Of a stretch of 64,000 bases of DNA, positions 1-19,330 are shown piece after piece. Made by a program: the position numbers and the translations under genes. Origin of the DNA: the human T2T-CHM13v2.0 reference genome, Homo sapiens; NCBI RefSeq assembly GCF_009914755.1, contig NC_060941.1. One strand, written 5' to 3'. Under the pieces are notes generated by a model. It was given only the letters and a program-made list of their open reading frames with translations, had not been told where the DNA came from and did no database searches. Within the stretch, counting starts at the first letter, position 1, and each line of letters begins with the position of its first letter.

Positions 1-801
<801 letters not shown>

Positions 802-816
<15 letters not shown>

Positions 817-820
817 GAAA

Positions 821-860
<40 letters not shown>

Positions 861-890
861 GAAAGAAAGGAAGAAAGAAAGAAAAAGAGA
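802..890 (+). repeat. Poly(A)-derived (GAAA)n microsatellite
   Basis: A run grading into AAAG repeats at the L1 tail. Confidence 0.9.
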
Positions 891-1543
891 GAAGTCTTGT
901 GCTCAGGTTGCTAAGATCGATGGTAAGAACAAATCCTCTAGCGGTGAAAATGTAAGAAGGAAAAAGAAATTTCTGTTAGTGTTGTTTGTTGCACCCCAAG
1001 CTCTAAAAAGTACAGCCACGTGTGTGATAAGTGCTTAGTTAAGATGAAAAAGGCATTAAATTTGTGCGTGGAAATCATAAACAGAAATGCGTTCTGATTG
1101 ACAGCAATTGGGTCAATGCTACCCAAGTTTCAGACATCCACTGCACGTCTCCTGCAGATAAGGGAGGGCTACTATATAACGTTTCTTTCTTTTTTCTTTA
1201 ATTGTAAAGCATTCTCCTTTTTTAATATAACAATTGGCCACATATATCACTTTAGATATAAAGATATTAGGATACCATTATAGTAGATAAAAAGCTAACT
1301 CATTCTTTGTAAGAGTTAAAGTATCTTTCATTATATGAGCATTTAAGATATTAAAGTACTTTTGCCACCAAAAATAGTGCTTCTGTAAATATTCTTTTAC
1401 TTATATCTCTATTAATTTTTACTTCTGCTGAAACGAATTGTATGAGCAAACAAGTGTATGTGTATAAAGTGTGATATATGTATATATATTTAATATGTGT
1501 ATATACAACTTAATATATACACATACATACAAAAACATATACA

Positions 1544-1911
1544 ATTTTTTTGTTTTGTTTTTTGAGATGGAGTTTTGCTCTCTCATCCAGGCTGGAGTGC
1601 GGTGGCGTGATCTCGGCTCACTGCAACTTCCACTGCTTGGTTCAAGTGATCCTCCTGCCTCAGCCTCCTGAGTAGCTGGGAATACAGGCATCTGCCACCA
1701 TGTCCAGCTAACTTTGTTTTTTTAGTGGAGATGGGTTTTCACCATGTTGGCCAGGCTGCTCTCAAACTCCTGACCTCAACTGATCCGCCCACCTTGGCCT
1801 CCCTAACTGCTGGAATTACAGGCATGAGCCACCGTGCCTGACCTCAAGTGATCCACCCACCTTGGCCTCCCAAAATGCTGGAATTACAGGCATGAGCCAC
1901 CGTGCCCAGCC
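1544..1911 (-). mobile_element. AluS with an internal 68-bp tandem duplication
   Basis: Poly(T), GAGATGGAG...GCCACCGTGCCCAGCC; the CCTGACCTCAA...CACCGTG block occurs at 1769 and 1837. Confidence 0.9.
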
Positions 1912-1944
1912 TAACATATACAATTTAATGTATATACAAATATA

Positions 1945-2265
<321 letters not shown>

Positions 2266-2350
2266 CTACACACTCGATTTCTTTCCAAAGGGTTATATAA
2301 CACTGTAATTTCACCAGCAATATGTGTGACTACTCATTTCCTACGTATTT

Positions 2351-2890
2351 GTGTGCAGTCAAGAAAACTTAGTAGGCCTGAATTGTCCAAACCTCGCAAA
2401 CTCCAAAGAAAGGTTTGATTCTATCCTAGCTCCCAGGAAATAACTTCTAAGTCTTTGGAATCTCCTGCCTATCTGGGAGTTAACAACATGATTTATTGTG
2501 GGGACTTTGGACCATGCAGTGTCAGCTTGACCTTGGGAAGGGTGGAGACAGAGAAACTAATGTCATCCAAATGGCTGCTCTTGTCCATGTGACCAACTTC
2601 CAGTAAAATCCTCAACACCAAGGCTCAGGTAAGCTTTTTGTTGGGGAGTATATTCTGTACTTTCTGCCACGTATCACTGGGTGAATTAAGCACTGTCCAC
2701 ATGATGCCACTGGGAGAGGACAACTGGAAGCTTGTGCTTTGTCTCTCCTGGACTTTGCCCTAGGCACCTTTTTCTGCTGCTGATTTTAATCTGTATTTTT
2801 TTGTTGTAATAAACTGTGAGTATAACAGCTTCACTCGGTTTTGTGAGTCTTTCTAATTAATCACTAAACCTTTGGGACCTCAGAACACAA
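2351..2890 (+). mobile_element. MER21-like solo LTR
   Basis: CACCAAGGCTCAGGTAAGC, GGGAGAGGACAACTGGAAGC and AATAAACTGTGAGTATAACAGC motifs; TG...CA-like ends. Confidence 0.7.
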
Positions 2891-2897
2891 CATTGTT

Positions 2898-2901
<4 letters not shown>

Positions 2902-2930
<29 letters not shown>

Positions 2931-2970
2931 AGACAGAGTCTCGCTCTTTCGCCCAGGCTGGAGTGCAGTG
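2902..2970 (-). mobile_element. Severely 5'-truncated Alu with a 19-bp TSD
   Basis: Pure T run plus GAGACAGAGTCTCGCTCTTTCGCCCAGGCTGGAGTGCAGTG, flanked by GAACACAAC(A/C)TTGTTTCTT at 2883 and 2971. Confidence 0.88.
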
Positions 2971-3277
2971 GAACACAACCTTGTTTCTTCTTTACTTGAA
3001 TTTTACATGTTGTGTAAGAAACCTATGGGCATAACTGAAAAATCACAAACTAAGAAAGAGCTTTCCATGCAGTCTACCCCCCTCACCCTGTTTCTTCAGT
3101 GCTCCCATGTCTACTTCCTGAATAACCAAATGTTTAAATTTTCTAAACTATTTCTAATCTATATATCTGAGTAATTATCTCTGTGTTATATAATAGGTAG
3201 ATCCTGCTCCTTATCAATATATCAACTTGATATATTATCTGATGGCTTCCTCTTCTGATAGCTGATGACTTGGCTGA

Positions 3278-3662
<385 letters not shown>

Positions 3663-3693
3663 CTCTCACTATTTTCAATGGCTCTCTTGGTCA

Positions 3694-3879
<186 letters not shown>

Positions 3880-3942
3880 TTAATTTTCTTCATGTCTTAA
3901 CATGATTCTTGCCTTGTCAAAGATCATCCTATCTGAAATTGA

Positions 3943-4421
<479 letters not shown>

Positions 4422-4454
4422 CTTCTTTTTAACAAACCATCTCTGTTCTTATAT

Positions 4455-4582
4455 TATGTCCACTAGAATGTAAACTTGATGAGAGCAGGAGATATTGTCA
4501 ATTTTGTTCAATGCTATTTATCCCTAGAGCCTAGAACTGTACCATGCACATGGTAAGGAGACAAATATTTGTTGAATGAATT
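4455..4582 (+). mobile_element. L2 3' end fragment
   Basis: CACTAGAATGTAAACTT...CCTAGAAC...AAATATTTGTTGAATGAA. Confidence 0.75.
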
Positions 4583-4640
4583 TATTGAGCAGCTGTTCTC
4601 AGATTTTTGGCCTCAGAAATTCTTTACTCTCTGTTTCTTT

Positions 4641-4861
4641 ACTCCTGACCTGAGGTGATCTGCCCACCTCAGCCTCCCAAAATGCTAGGATTATAGGAGT
4701 GAGCCACCACGCCCAGCCGCCCAACTCATTTTTGTATGTTTAGTAGGCACATGGGGTTTTGCAATGTTGGCCAGGCTGGTCTCGAACTCCTGACCTCAAG
4801 TGATCCCCCACCTCAGCCTCCAAAAGTGCTGAGATTACAGGCATGAGCCACCCCACCCGAC
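4641..4861 (-). mobile_element. Two Alu left-arm fragments
   Basis: ACTCCTGACCT...GAGCCACCACGCCCAGCC and a second GGCCAGGCTGGTCTCGAACTCC...GAGCCACC. Confidence 0.8.
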
Positions 4862-5440
4862 TAAATAAACCAAAAACTTTAGATAAGTGAATTTGGAGGA
4901 AATATTTATAACAGATAAAATAGACAAACAGATAATTCTAATTTATTGTCTCTCTGCCTTAATAAAATATTAGACAATACCCTAAGAAGAAAGAAACAAA
5001 ATCTAAAAATTCACCATTCACAAACACAAATAGTTAGAAAACAAAGTCAAAACCTAAGAACATGTTGACCACTTATCTGTCCTCTGAAATCGGCTCTTAA
5101 ATGTGTTGAACATAGATTGACTTGGGATTAGGAAATTTTTAAAATATTTTTTAAAGTTTCACTTTTTGGAATTGAAAATTAATCCAGATTATGTAATATA
5201 CAACATTTGGAATTTACCAATCAATACTCTATCATTTTATTTTTCACTCTTCAAATAATTTCTTGTTCAAGAGTTTAAAATGCTTTTAAAATTAATAGAT
5301 TCTGCAGGCTATAGTCTGCAGAGACTGTCTCCACAAAAAATAAAAATATATATACTTTTAAAATATATATAAAATATATATTTATTTAAATGTACATGTT
5401 TTAAGTATATAAAATATATTTTTAAAATTTCATTTTTTCA

Positions 5441-5675
5441 CCGGATTGTATGGTAAGCATATGTTTAGTCTGGCAGGAACTTGCAAAACTGCCTTCTACA
5501 GTGGCTGTCCCACTTTGCATTCTCAGCAGAAATAGAGATGAGTTCCTGTCGCTCCATATCTTCACCAGCATTTGGTGTTGGTGTTTGCATTCAAGCCAGT
5601 CTAATAGATGTGTAATGATATCATTGTTTTAATTTGAATCCCCTAGTGACATATGGTGTTGAGCATCTTTTCAGA
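5441..5675 (-). mobile_element. Old L1M fragment, a local duplicate of 6838-7080
   Basis: Colinear similarity from CC(G/A)GAT(T/C)GTATGGTAAGC to GAGCATCTTTTCAGA. Confidence 0.8.
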
Positions 5676-5688
5676 GGTCTAAGAAATG

Positions 5689-7090
<1,402 letters not shown>

Positions 7091-7619
7091 TGCTGCCTAT
7101 ATAACAAAGGGTAGATACAGATGATGGACTTCAGGGAAAGAGCTTGCTATGACGATAGGAAGCTGCAGGCAGAGATGATCTCAGGGTTAACTGGACACCA
7201 ACTGTGCCTTCTCCTGTCACATAAAATGTGGTCTACCTAAGTTTTGACTGGAAACACAGACTATCTGGTTGTCCATAAATATTTCTAACTGAGGCTTAAG
7301 GTTTATGCATGTTTCGACCAAAAGGTGATACCACCCCAATATATAAGCAGGTCGGGGTACAACAGGTAATGACTGTCAGAGATGTTGAGAGTCTACATTG
7401 AATGGTGTCACTGGCTGCCCATGCCTTTCTCATTAAGGACTTTCACTTTTCATTTGCCACATGAAAGGCCACTGAGTTAGGCTACATCTTATTTTTTCTC
7501 TTGAGAATCTCTAGTACTGAGAAATTTTTGCATTCTGGGCTACACTGGGTTCATAATCTGACTATATATATTGTGTGTGTGTTTGTTCCTTCCCTAAAAT
7601 GCTCAGTTCAGCTGCAGTT

Positions 7620-7765
7620 CTAGAGGTAAATACTACTAGGTTTCCATTTTAGAGAGTTGAAGATCTGAGGTCTGGAGAGGTTAGTGTGTAGAAAGTTATG
7701 TTTAATAAGTGGCAAGACCATGTGGCCAGGTCAGATAAGCTGCCTTCAGATTTTACTCTCGAACT
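7620..7765 (-). mobile_element. MIR fragment
   Basis: TTCCATTTTAGAGAG...CTGAGGTCTGGAGAGGTTAG core. Confidence 0.5.
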
Positions 7766-8402
7766 TCTACTGGATAATGTCTTTTCATTATAGAAAAGAA
7801 AAGAGGGAACTTAGATGTTTTTTTCAAAATCATTGACTATAGAATTTCTTTCAAGATATGATGAAAAGCAATAATTGTCTCATTTTATATTACCTATAAT
7901 TATTGCTCACCAGAAATTGATTATCGATGCAGCAATCTTTTACGTTCCTGTCTGCTTTATTATGCATGGCCGGGCTTCATTGTAAATAAGAGATCCAAGA
8001 TTCAGAAATATCTTTAACTTGCAATGCTTGGTCACAGGTATCCATCTGAAAAATATTTTGCTCATTAGCCATATGGACTCATATGGTAAACTACAGCCAG
8101 AGACTCAAAATGTGGAAAGGAGAAAGGGCTATCAGAAGTCCTGTGTCTCCTTACATTTTGTGTTTCTATTCATATGTATCTAGAATCATGAGAAATTTGA
8201 GCAAATGGGAAATGCAAAGTCCTAGTCCATGCATACCCACATTTCAGTTATCTGCATTATTGCACATTTAAATTTATAATGCATACATAGGATACAATTC
8301 AATAGGTATAAAAATGTTAAGTAATCTTTTCTCTCATGCACCCCAGTCATTCAGTGCTCACTTTTGAGTCAGCATTTTAATTCTGTTGTGCATACTTTCA
8401 TA

Positions 8403-8716
8403 ATTTTTTTTTTATCTTTTTTTTTTTTTTTTTTTGAGGCAGAGTCTTGCTCTGTTGCCCAGGCTGGAGTGCAGTGGCATGATCTCGGCTCACTGCAACC
8501 TCTGCCTTATTGATTCAAGAGATTCTCCTGCCTCAGCCTCCTGAGTAGCTGGGATTACAGGCACGTGCCACCACGCCTGGCTAATTTTTTGTATTTTTAG
8601 TAGAGTCGGAGTTTCACTGTGTTAGCCAGGCTGAACTTGAACAACTGACCTCATAATCTTCCCGCCTCAGCCTCCCAAAGAGCTGAAATTACAGGTGTGA
8701 GCCACCACTTCCAGCC
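8403..8716 (-). mobile_element. AluS (Sc/Sg-like)
   Basis: Poly(T), GAGGCAGAGTCTTGC...GAGCCACCACTTCCAGCC. Confidence 0.9.
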
Positions 8717-8880
8717 TTCTATTCCTTTATATGTGAAAATCATTTTAACATTCCACATATAAGTAAGGTCATGCAATATTTTTCTTTCTGTGTTTGGCCA
8801 ACTTCACTTGGTATAATGCCCTCCAGTTTCATCCATGTTGTGGCAAATGGAAAGATCTTGTACTTTTTTAGGGCTGAACA
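8717..8880 (-). mobile_element. L1MA 3' fragment
   Basis: ATTCCACATATAAGTAAGGTCATGC...TTCATCCATGTTGTGGCAAATGG. Confidence 0.7.
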
Positions 8881-9144
8881 CAGAAGTTATTTTCATGTAC
8901 AAGGTTGCAGTTGCCATACACACAAATATGTATGTATGTGTCATAGTCATATACAATTTTAAATACATATATGTGTTCTATGCATATATAAGTATTTCTC
9001 TATTTTCACAGAAATGTCAGTCTAAATCAGTACCTAGGGAGGGTCATTGTTTTCTTAATCTACAAATCAAGACAAAGTATGAGTGGCTGCACCCTAGTTT
9101 AATAAGTCCTCTATTATTGAGGATGTTTTCCTGTTTCCTTTTGT

Positions 9145-9400
9145 CATTGTTGTTGTTGTTTTGTTTTGAGACAGAGTTCCACTCTTTTGTATGAAGTGGT
9201 GTGATCTCAGCTCGCTGTAGCCTCCCGAGTAGCTGGGATTATAGGTGCCCGCCACCACACCCAGCTAATTTTTGTATTTTTAGTAGAGACAGGGTTTTAC
9301 CATGTTGGCCAGGCTGGTCTGAACTCCTGACCTCAGGTGATTCGTCCACCTTGGCCTCCCAAAATGCTGAGATTGCAGGCATGAGCCACCGCACTTGGCT
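9145..9400 (-). mobile_element. AluS with internal deletions
   Basis: (TTG)n tail, partial right arm, complete left arm. Confidence 0.82.
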
Positions 9401-9749
9401 GCTTTCACCATTTCAGACTGAGCTTGGAGAAGAACCTGAAGAAAAACATGACTTTAAAATTTTGATGAATGGAGAAATATCTTTCCATTCACCTTCCTTT
9501 CCTCTATTTCATTCTTATTTTAAAATATACAAACAAAGATATGGATACATCAGTTATTAAAGAAACATCTATGTGATACCTATCCAGGTGAAGAAATAGA
9601 GCACTATCACCACTGAGAAGTCCTCTGTATGCCCCTAACTGATCCTAAAGTCTTCCTTCCCCTTATTAGTAACAGATACAACAGATATCCACATTACCTG
9701 TGGGTATCTGCCATCCTCTCCTTGGTTCTCTTTATAATTTTATTATGTA

Positions 9750-10004
9750 TTTTCTTTCTTTTTTTTTTTTGGAGATGGAGCCTCACTCTGTCTCCCAGGC
9801 TGGAGAGTAGTGGCATGATCTTGACTCACTGCAACCTCTGCCTCCTGTATTCAAGTGATTCTCATGCCTCAACCTCCCAAGTAGCTGGGATTACAGGCAT
9901 GGGCCATGTGCCACCATGCCTGGCTAATTTTTGTATTTGTAGTAGAGATGGAGTTTTGCATGTTGGTCAGGCTGGTTTCAAACTCCTGACCTCAGTGCCT
10001 GGCC
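9750..10004 (-). mobile_element. AluS with a left-arm deletion
   Basis: CTCCTGACCTCA joined directly to GTGCCTGGCC. Confidence 0.82.
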
Positions 10005-10174
10005 TTATTATGCATTTTTATATGCCTAAATTAAAGTCTGATTTTGCCTGGTTTTTCTCTTACATAATTGGAGTAAAAGTCTGTATCCTCGTGCATTTGG
10101 CCCCTTTTACTCAATATTAAGTATTTAAGATTCACAGTGAGCATTGTTTCTGCATTCTATTAAAACAGTACACC

Positions 10175-11045
<871 letters not shown>

Positions 11046-11515
11046 TATATATATAAATTTATATTTATATACATAAAATAAATATAAAAAAAATAAGTAA
11101 AAATACCGTACACCAGTGTGTATCCCTTCATTGTTGGTGGACATGTGGGTTGTGTTCATTTTTGTCAGTTACAAATGATGCTGTTGTGAACATGTTTGTA
11201 TTTCTATTTGGTTACCATTAGTGTGTATTTATGTACAGTATAAAGCAAGAGGTGAAACCATAGGTTACAGGGTAAACATATCGTCAGTTTTACCAGGTAT
11301 TATTGGTTTCATCCCAATGTTAACACACCAACTGTCAGTCTTACAATGTCTGATAATTCCCAAATCTTTGCATTCTTCTTGACATTTAATTTTGTCAAAA
11401 TTTTAATTTGAGTCTTTTGGTGGGTATGTGGTGATGATTGTGATATTAATTTACTGGGCCTTTTCTTCTCTGTAACAGGCCCTGTCAAGATATATGTGTG
11501 GTGTGGCAGGGGTAG

Positions 11516-11895
<380 letters not shown>

Positions 11896-12724
11896 ATATT
11901 TCCTGGGTGCAGTGTTGTAGCCAGGGTGCAAAGCCACTTAATGATTCTGTCATCCAAATATTATATCTTCTCCCTTCCCCTTGAGATATGCTCATTCCCC
12001 CATACAATTAAAGAATCTCAATTACTCTTGAAGGGGCATAAAATCCTCTCTGTCTAATCATGGGTCCTTCCAAATTATTTGTTGGCTGTGTTTAAAATAT
12101 GAAAAAGAGAATGTAGATTTTGTTTTCTTCTTTCTGCTTAACCTGAACAAAATGTCATAGATACCTCTTAACCTGTTGCTAAACCAAGGAGAGTCACTTG
12201 AATAATGAACAAGACTGGAGGGACGCCACATGGATAATTTATCATTACACTATCATCACATACATGGAACTCATCAATGAAGCTTATGAAAAAAATTGAG
12301 TCATTTGTGGAAAAGTGTAAAGAGAATATAGGAGATGTCTCAAGTGAAGAGAAAAAAGCTGCAGAAAAGAATTACAAAAAAAGAGTGTTAAGATGCAAAC
12401 ACAAATTCAGAGATTCAGGAGCACAAAGGGCTAAGTTAAGGGAAAAAAGAGTTACCAATATTTTCTTATTCATTATGGAGAGCAGGATGAATTCTTTAAA
12501 GGTCAAATAATTGTGAGTCTGATATATCTGATGATAATTTGTATTTCTAATGTTGTAAATGGTTGTGAATTTATGGTCATTATTCCTGTTTCCTTTAGAC
12601 TAGTGACCATGAGTTTGATTGACAAAAACCCATTGGGTTAGTATTGTTATCTATGTGTGTTCATCATGCTATGTGTTAAAATAAGTCCATCAATTTTTAT
12701 CTTGTGTTTGTTTTCATTTCATTT

Positions 12725-13045
<321 letters not shown>

Positions 13046-13154
13046 TGATTCATTTAGACACATAATCATCAAGTCAAATCTCACTCTTTCCTTAGCATTT
13101 CCCTTCAGTTTAGCTTAGAATATCTATTCCTATTTTAAAACACATATGATTATT

Positions 13155-13330
<176 letters not shown>

Positions 13331-13499
13331 TGTTTTCTCCAGATCATTTTTACATTTAATTATTCAGTCTGCTTTAACTATACCTTAATGTAAAAAATTC
13401 AGTAAATTTAACTCCTACACACTATTAGTTAATGTACCTAACACGGTTTATTGAATAAGCCAGTCCATTCCCAACAGCATCAAAAGTAATTACATTTCC

Positions 13500-14447
<948 letters not shown>

Positions 14448-14982
14448 TGAAGCACTGTAAAATATTGCTGAGAAAACAGATCACTAATATCATCATTACA
14501 GAGCACAAAATAAGTTCTGCTATTATTAGGAATATCATAGCTCTGACTAACACATACTTGGAAAACTCATTCTATTAGAAATTAAATTATACTAATACTA
14601 TTGACAATCACTTTTATAGTTGTCATTGCAAACTCAAAGACAAGAAGTAAATTCATCACCAGAAAACATAAAACAAGTACTTAGCCTTACTGCTGAGAAG
14701 CCTGTAATTGCATTTTACTGAATGGCACCTCAGTTCTTGGGATAAAATTTGAAACGGCAACTGGAAGGACAGCTTTAACTTTAAAATGGTTTTATTTTTA
14801 GGGTTGTCATGTTGTAAAAGCTATTCTCACATAGCTAAGCTGTTGGAAAGAGACCAGGTTTTGTGAAAGTTTTTCATCAGATGTTTCACGTTGTCCTCAC
14901 TGCAACCTCAAACAGTGGCAAATGCTTTGTAAGCTGCTGTAATGCAAACTCAGCTGATAAATTAATAAAATTCTGTTTCTTT

Positions 14983-15327
<345 letters not shown>

Positions 15328-15859
15328 CTAAGCCAGAAAATATTTGTTAACATTGCTAACAGGAATGAATGGACGTGAATGGACCACCCAAAGATTCTCC
15401 TATTTCAGGGTCAACTTCAAAGAGAAAACATCAATTTCACAGTGTTTCTTGCTTACCCAGGTCAAGAGTTACCAATATCAAGACATCCAACTGCACAGAG
15501 ATTGGACCTAGAGCAGCAGGAGGGCGTATACAAATCACAGATACCAGACGGAATTGCGAGAGGGAGCAGAAAAATGATTCATCTGTATCAGGTGTGGTCT
15601 GCAAGTTGTAGGATGTAGAATATAGCTTGTGGATAAAGAGAATTAGAAAAAATTAATGCCCATTCAAGTTTATTTTATGAACTAGCCAAAAGTCGCACAT
15701 GGATATTCACAGTAGGTAGAATGATTAGAGCAGAAGTAGCACTTTTGGCACATAGTTATTGGGATTGAAGGGGAATTCATTTTAGCTTTAACTTTAAAAT
15801 AGATTTAATTACTTTTATTTTAATTAATTATTCTAAAGCTTTTAATTTTAAAAAAGTTT

Positions 15860-16440
15860 GTAATTTTTATTTTGGCAAAATATACATAGCATAAAATTTG
15901 CCATTTTAACCATTTTTAAGTGCATAGTTCAGTGTCACTAAATACAGTCACCTGATTGTACAACCATCACCACCATCCATCATCTCTAGAAGTTTTTCTT
16001 TTTCAGTTTCCCAAACTGAAACTCTGCATTCTTTAAACAATAGCCCTTCCTTAATCTCTTTTCCCATTAACTGGGAACCTTCATTCTACTTTTGGTTTCT
16101 ATGAATATTACATGCTACATACCTCATATAAGTGGAATCAGGCAGTATTAGTTTTTTGTATCCAGCTTCTTTCACTTAGCATTATGTCAAAATCCATCCA
16201 TGCTGTAGCATGCGTCCAAATGTCCCTTTTTAATGCTAAGTAATATTCCACTGTATATCTGTACCACATTTTGTTTATCCATTCCTCTGTCAATGAATGC
16301 TTCCACCTTTTGGCTATCATGAATAATGTTACTATGCACATGAATTTGCAAATATCTGTTGAAGTCCCTGCTTTCAATTCTTGTGGGTTTAAACCCAGAA
16401 GTGGACTTGCTGACTCATATGGTAATTCTATGTTTCATTT

Positions 16441-16479
<39 letters not shown>

Positions 16480-17250
16480 TTTGAGATGGAGTCTGGCTCT
16501 GTCACCCAGGCTGAAGTGCAGTCGTGTGATCTCAGCTCACTGCGACCCCCCACCTCCCAGGTTCAAGGGATTCTGCTGCCTCAGCCTCCTGAGTAGCTGG
16601 GATTATAGGCACACAGCACCACACCCAGCTAATTTTTGTATTTTTAGTTGAGATGGGGTTTCACCATGTTGGTCAGGCTGATCTTGAACTCCTGACCTCG
16701 TGATCTGGCCACCTCGTTGTCCTAAAGTGCTGGGATTACAGGCATGAGCCACTGAGCCCAGCCTATGTTCCATTTTTTTAAAATTTAGGAACTGCTGTAC
16801 TCTTTTCCACCATGACTATACCACTGTAGAGTCCACCGGTAATGCACAAGAGTTTCGATTTGGCTACATCCTCACCAACACTTATTATTCCCTGGTTTTT
16901 TGATGATTGCCATCTTAATGGGTATGAAGTGCTATCTTATTATGGTTTTGATTTGCTTTTCCTTAGTAATCAGTGATGTTGAGCATCTTTCATGGGCTTG
17001 ATGGCCAGTTGTATATCTTTTTTGGGAAAATTTCTATGTAAGTCCTTTGCCTATTTTTTAATTGGGTTGTTTATTTATTGCTGAGTTGTAGGAGTTCTTT
17101 ATATATTCTGGATATTGGTCCCTTATCAAAGATATTATTTAAAATATTTTCTTCCATTCTGCCGGTTGTCCTCTGATTGCACAAAAGTTTTAAATTTTGA
17201 TGAAGTCCAATTTACTTATTTTTTTGTTTTGTTACTTATGCTTTTGGTGT
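15860..17250 (-). mobile_element. L1MB-like element interrupted by an Alu at ~16438-16763
   Basis: CATAAAATTTGCCATTTTAACCATTTTTAAGTG 3' end; continuous old-L1 antisense sequence either side of the Alu. Confidence 0.82.
16438..16763 (-). mobile_element. AluS with a (TTTA)n tail
   Basis: TSD-like TATGTT(T/C)CATTTT on both sides. Confidence 0.88.
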
Positions 17251-17726
17251 CAGAAAGCTTTTAGTTTATAATTTTAAATATATTACGTCTCCTGCCTCAT
17301 AAGTACCACTGGACAAGGTCCCTTTTATGTACTCAGCTTCTGTCAGAGGTAAATGTATTTTGAAGTGGAGGACAAAGATAATTGCACAATTGGCATGGAG
17401 AACTAAGGTAATTATGAAAGTTCCAGATACAAAGAGAGAGAGCTCAATATGCCAGCAGTTCTCTACCAATCCATCCTAGAGGTCTTCTCTTGGGATTGCC
17501 TAAATAATGCAGGGGATGGTTGCAAGATACACAAGTGTTCCAGAAGCGTGTAAACAAGGTACAGAGAAAAGGATGAGATAAAATAAGATGATATAAGATA
17601 TTAGGAAAGCCTTGTTCAGAAGATTGCCTACAGAGGCAAAAGGGACAGTTTCATTTTGCTGAGGGAAACAGGGTGGTAAGAACACTTGTGGGGAAGACCC
17701 CCACTTACCCTGATACAGAGAGAAGC

Positions 17727-18225
17727 TGTAAAATAACTTAATGGGAGAGCATTAGGCTGAGATAGTTCCCATGGCCTGGGTTCCTACATAGGCAAAATGA
17801 AAAGCTTAGCCCATCAACAAGTGGCCCGCTGAGTATTAGCTGTGTAATGAGAGACCTACCACCAGGATACTTCAAATAATGCAACTGCCCAAATTTTTGC
17901 CAATCAAATAATTTCTCTACTCTACTTCTATATTCACCCTATAAAAGCCTTCCCTACAAACACCTCCAGTAGATCCTCCAACCACTTTCAGTTTGGAGCT
18001 GCCTGATCCATGAATCTCTGTTTGCTCAAATAAACTCTTTAAAAATTTAATATGCTTAAGTTTATCTATTTTTTTCTCATTTTTAAAAATTGAAATGGGA
18101 TCTTCCTGTGTTGTTCAGCCTGGTCTTAAACTCCTGAACTCAAGGGATTCACCTGTCTCAGCCTCCTGAGTAGCTGGAATTATAGACGTGTGCCTCCACA
18201 CCCAGCTTACATTTATCTTTAAACA
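17727..18225 (+). mobile_element. MER93-like ERV1 solo LTR, interrupted near its 3' end by an Alu monomer (~18068-18208, minus strand)
   Basis: TGTAAAATAACTTAATGGGAGAGCATTAGGCTGAG...CTGGGTTCCTAC start; CCAAT, TATAAAA, AATAAA; ends TTTAAACA. Confidence 0.65.
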
Positions 18226-18439
18226 AGGGTTTGACCCCTTTCTGAAATATATTTGTGTGAAGACCTGTACCCTCAGTGATATGGCAAGCTCATTTTAGAC
18301 CATCGAGCACTTTTGTCTCTGGACCACAATTTGCCCTTTGTGACCTGCTCTCCTAAAAAATTCAAGTGTAATTCAAGTTAGTTTACCCTCTGCTGATCAG
18401 GGGAGGTTGATCTAGGTGCAAGTTCAAGACAGGCACTCA

Positions 18440-18540
18440 CTCCTTCATTCATACCCCAAATCTCAGCATCACACAATACACCCATGTAATAAACCTGCAC
18501 AGGTACCCTCCAGAATCTAAAATGAAAGTTGAAATTCATT
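18440..18540 (+). mobile_element. L1M 3' terminal fragment
   Basis: CAATACACCCATGTAATAAACCTGCACAGGTACCC...AATCTAAAATGAAAGTTG. Confidence 0.7.
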
Positions 18541-19194
18541 AAAATTGTAATTTCATCTTATTAAAAAACAAAGATAAATTTGCTTCTTTCCAATTTTGAT
18601 ATATATTATACTGACATACACACTGTATTCTATGGTGAATTATATCGATTGAATTTCACATTTTAAACTAACACTGAGTTACTTTGAGAAACTCTGTTGG
18701 GTCATAATGTGTTATGTTTTTAATATATTTTAATACAATTTGCAAAAATTCTGTTTTAAAATTACATCTATGTTCCATAAATAAATAAATATGTAAAAAA
18801 TAATAAATGTTTATATTATTCAAGTGAAGATTATAGCGATCTTTTTGAATATCTACTTAACCTCAGCTAGCTTTAAATTCAGAAGTAGCAACTCCATAGA
18901 AATTCAACTTATTTCTACCTTATTACTCATACTTGTCTCCTTGAAGAAGCTTCATTGCTGTCATCCAGTTTAGACTGGGATGTCATAAATCTCTAGACTG
19001 AGTAGTATAATATTCACTATTAAAATAAAATCAAATTATTATTATAATGTTATGACACCTCCAAATACAAAAAGCAAGCCCATGGATGTTAGGTTAAGGT
19101 ATAGAGACAAGTATTCCTACTTACTATCTTTTAGGGCAGACATATCCCAGCCAAGGTGATTGCAAAATGAAATGGAAACTATATGGTGGAAGGG

Positions 19195-19330
19195 GACTTG
19201 AGACTCACACAGATTGGATTTTCATTCCAACCCTCACATACACAAGCTGCATGACTCTGGGTTGATTGCATATTCTCTTAGATTTTCAATTTCTTCGTCT
19301 GTACAATGGAGGTTAATGCCTATGGGCTAC
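19195..19330 (+). mobile_element. MIR fragment
   Basis: AGCTGCATGACTCTGG...TTTCTTCGTCTGTACAATGG core. Confidence 0.55.
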
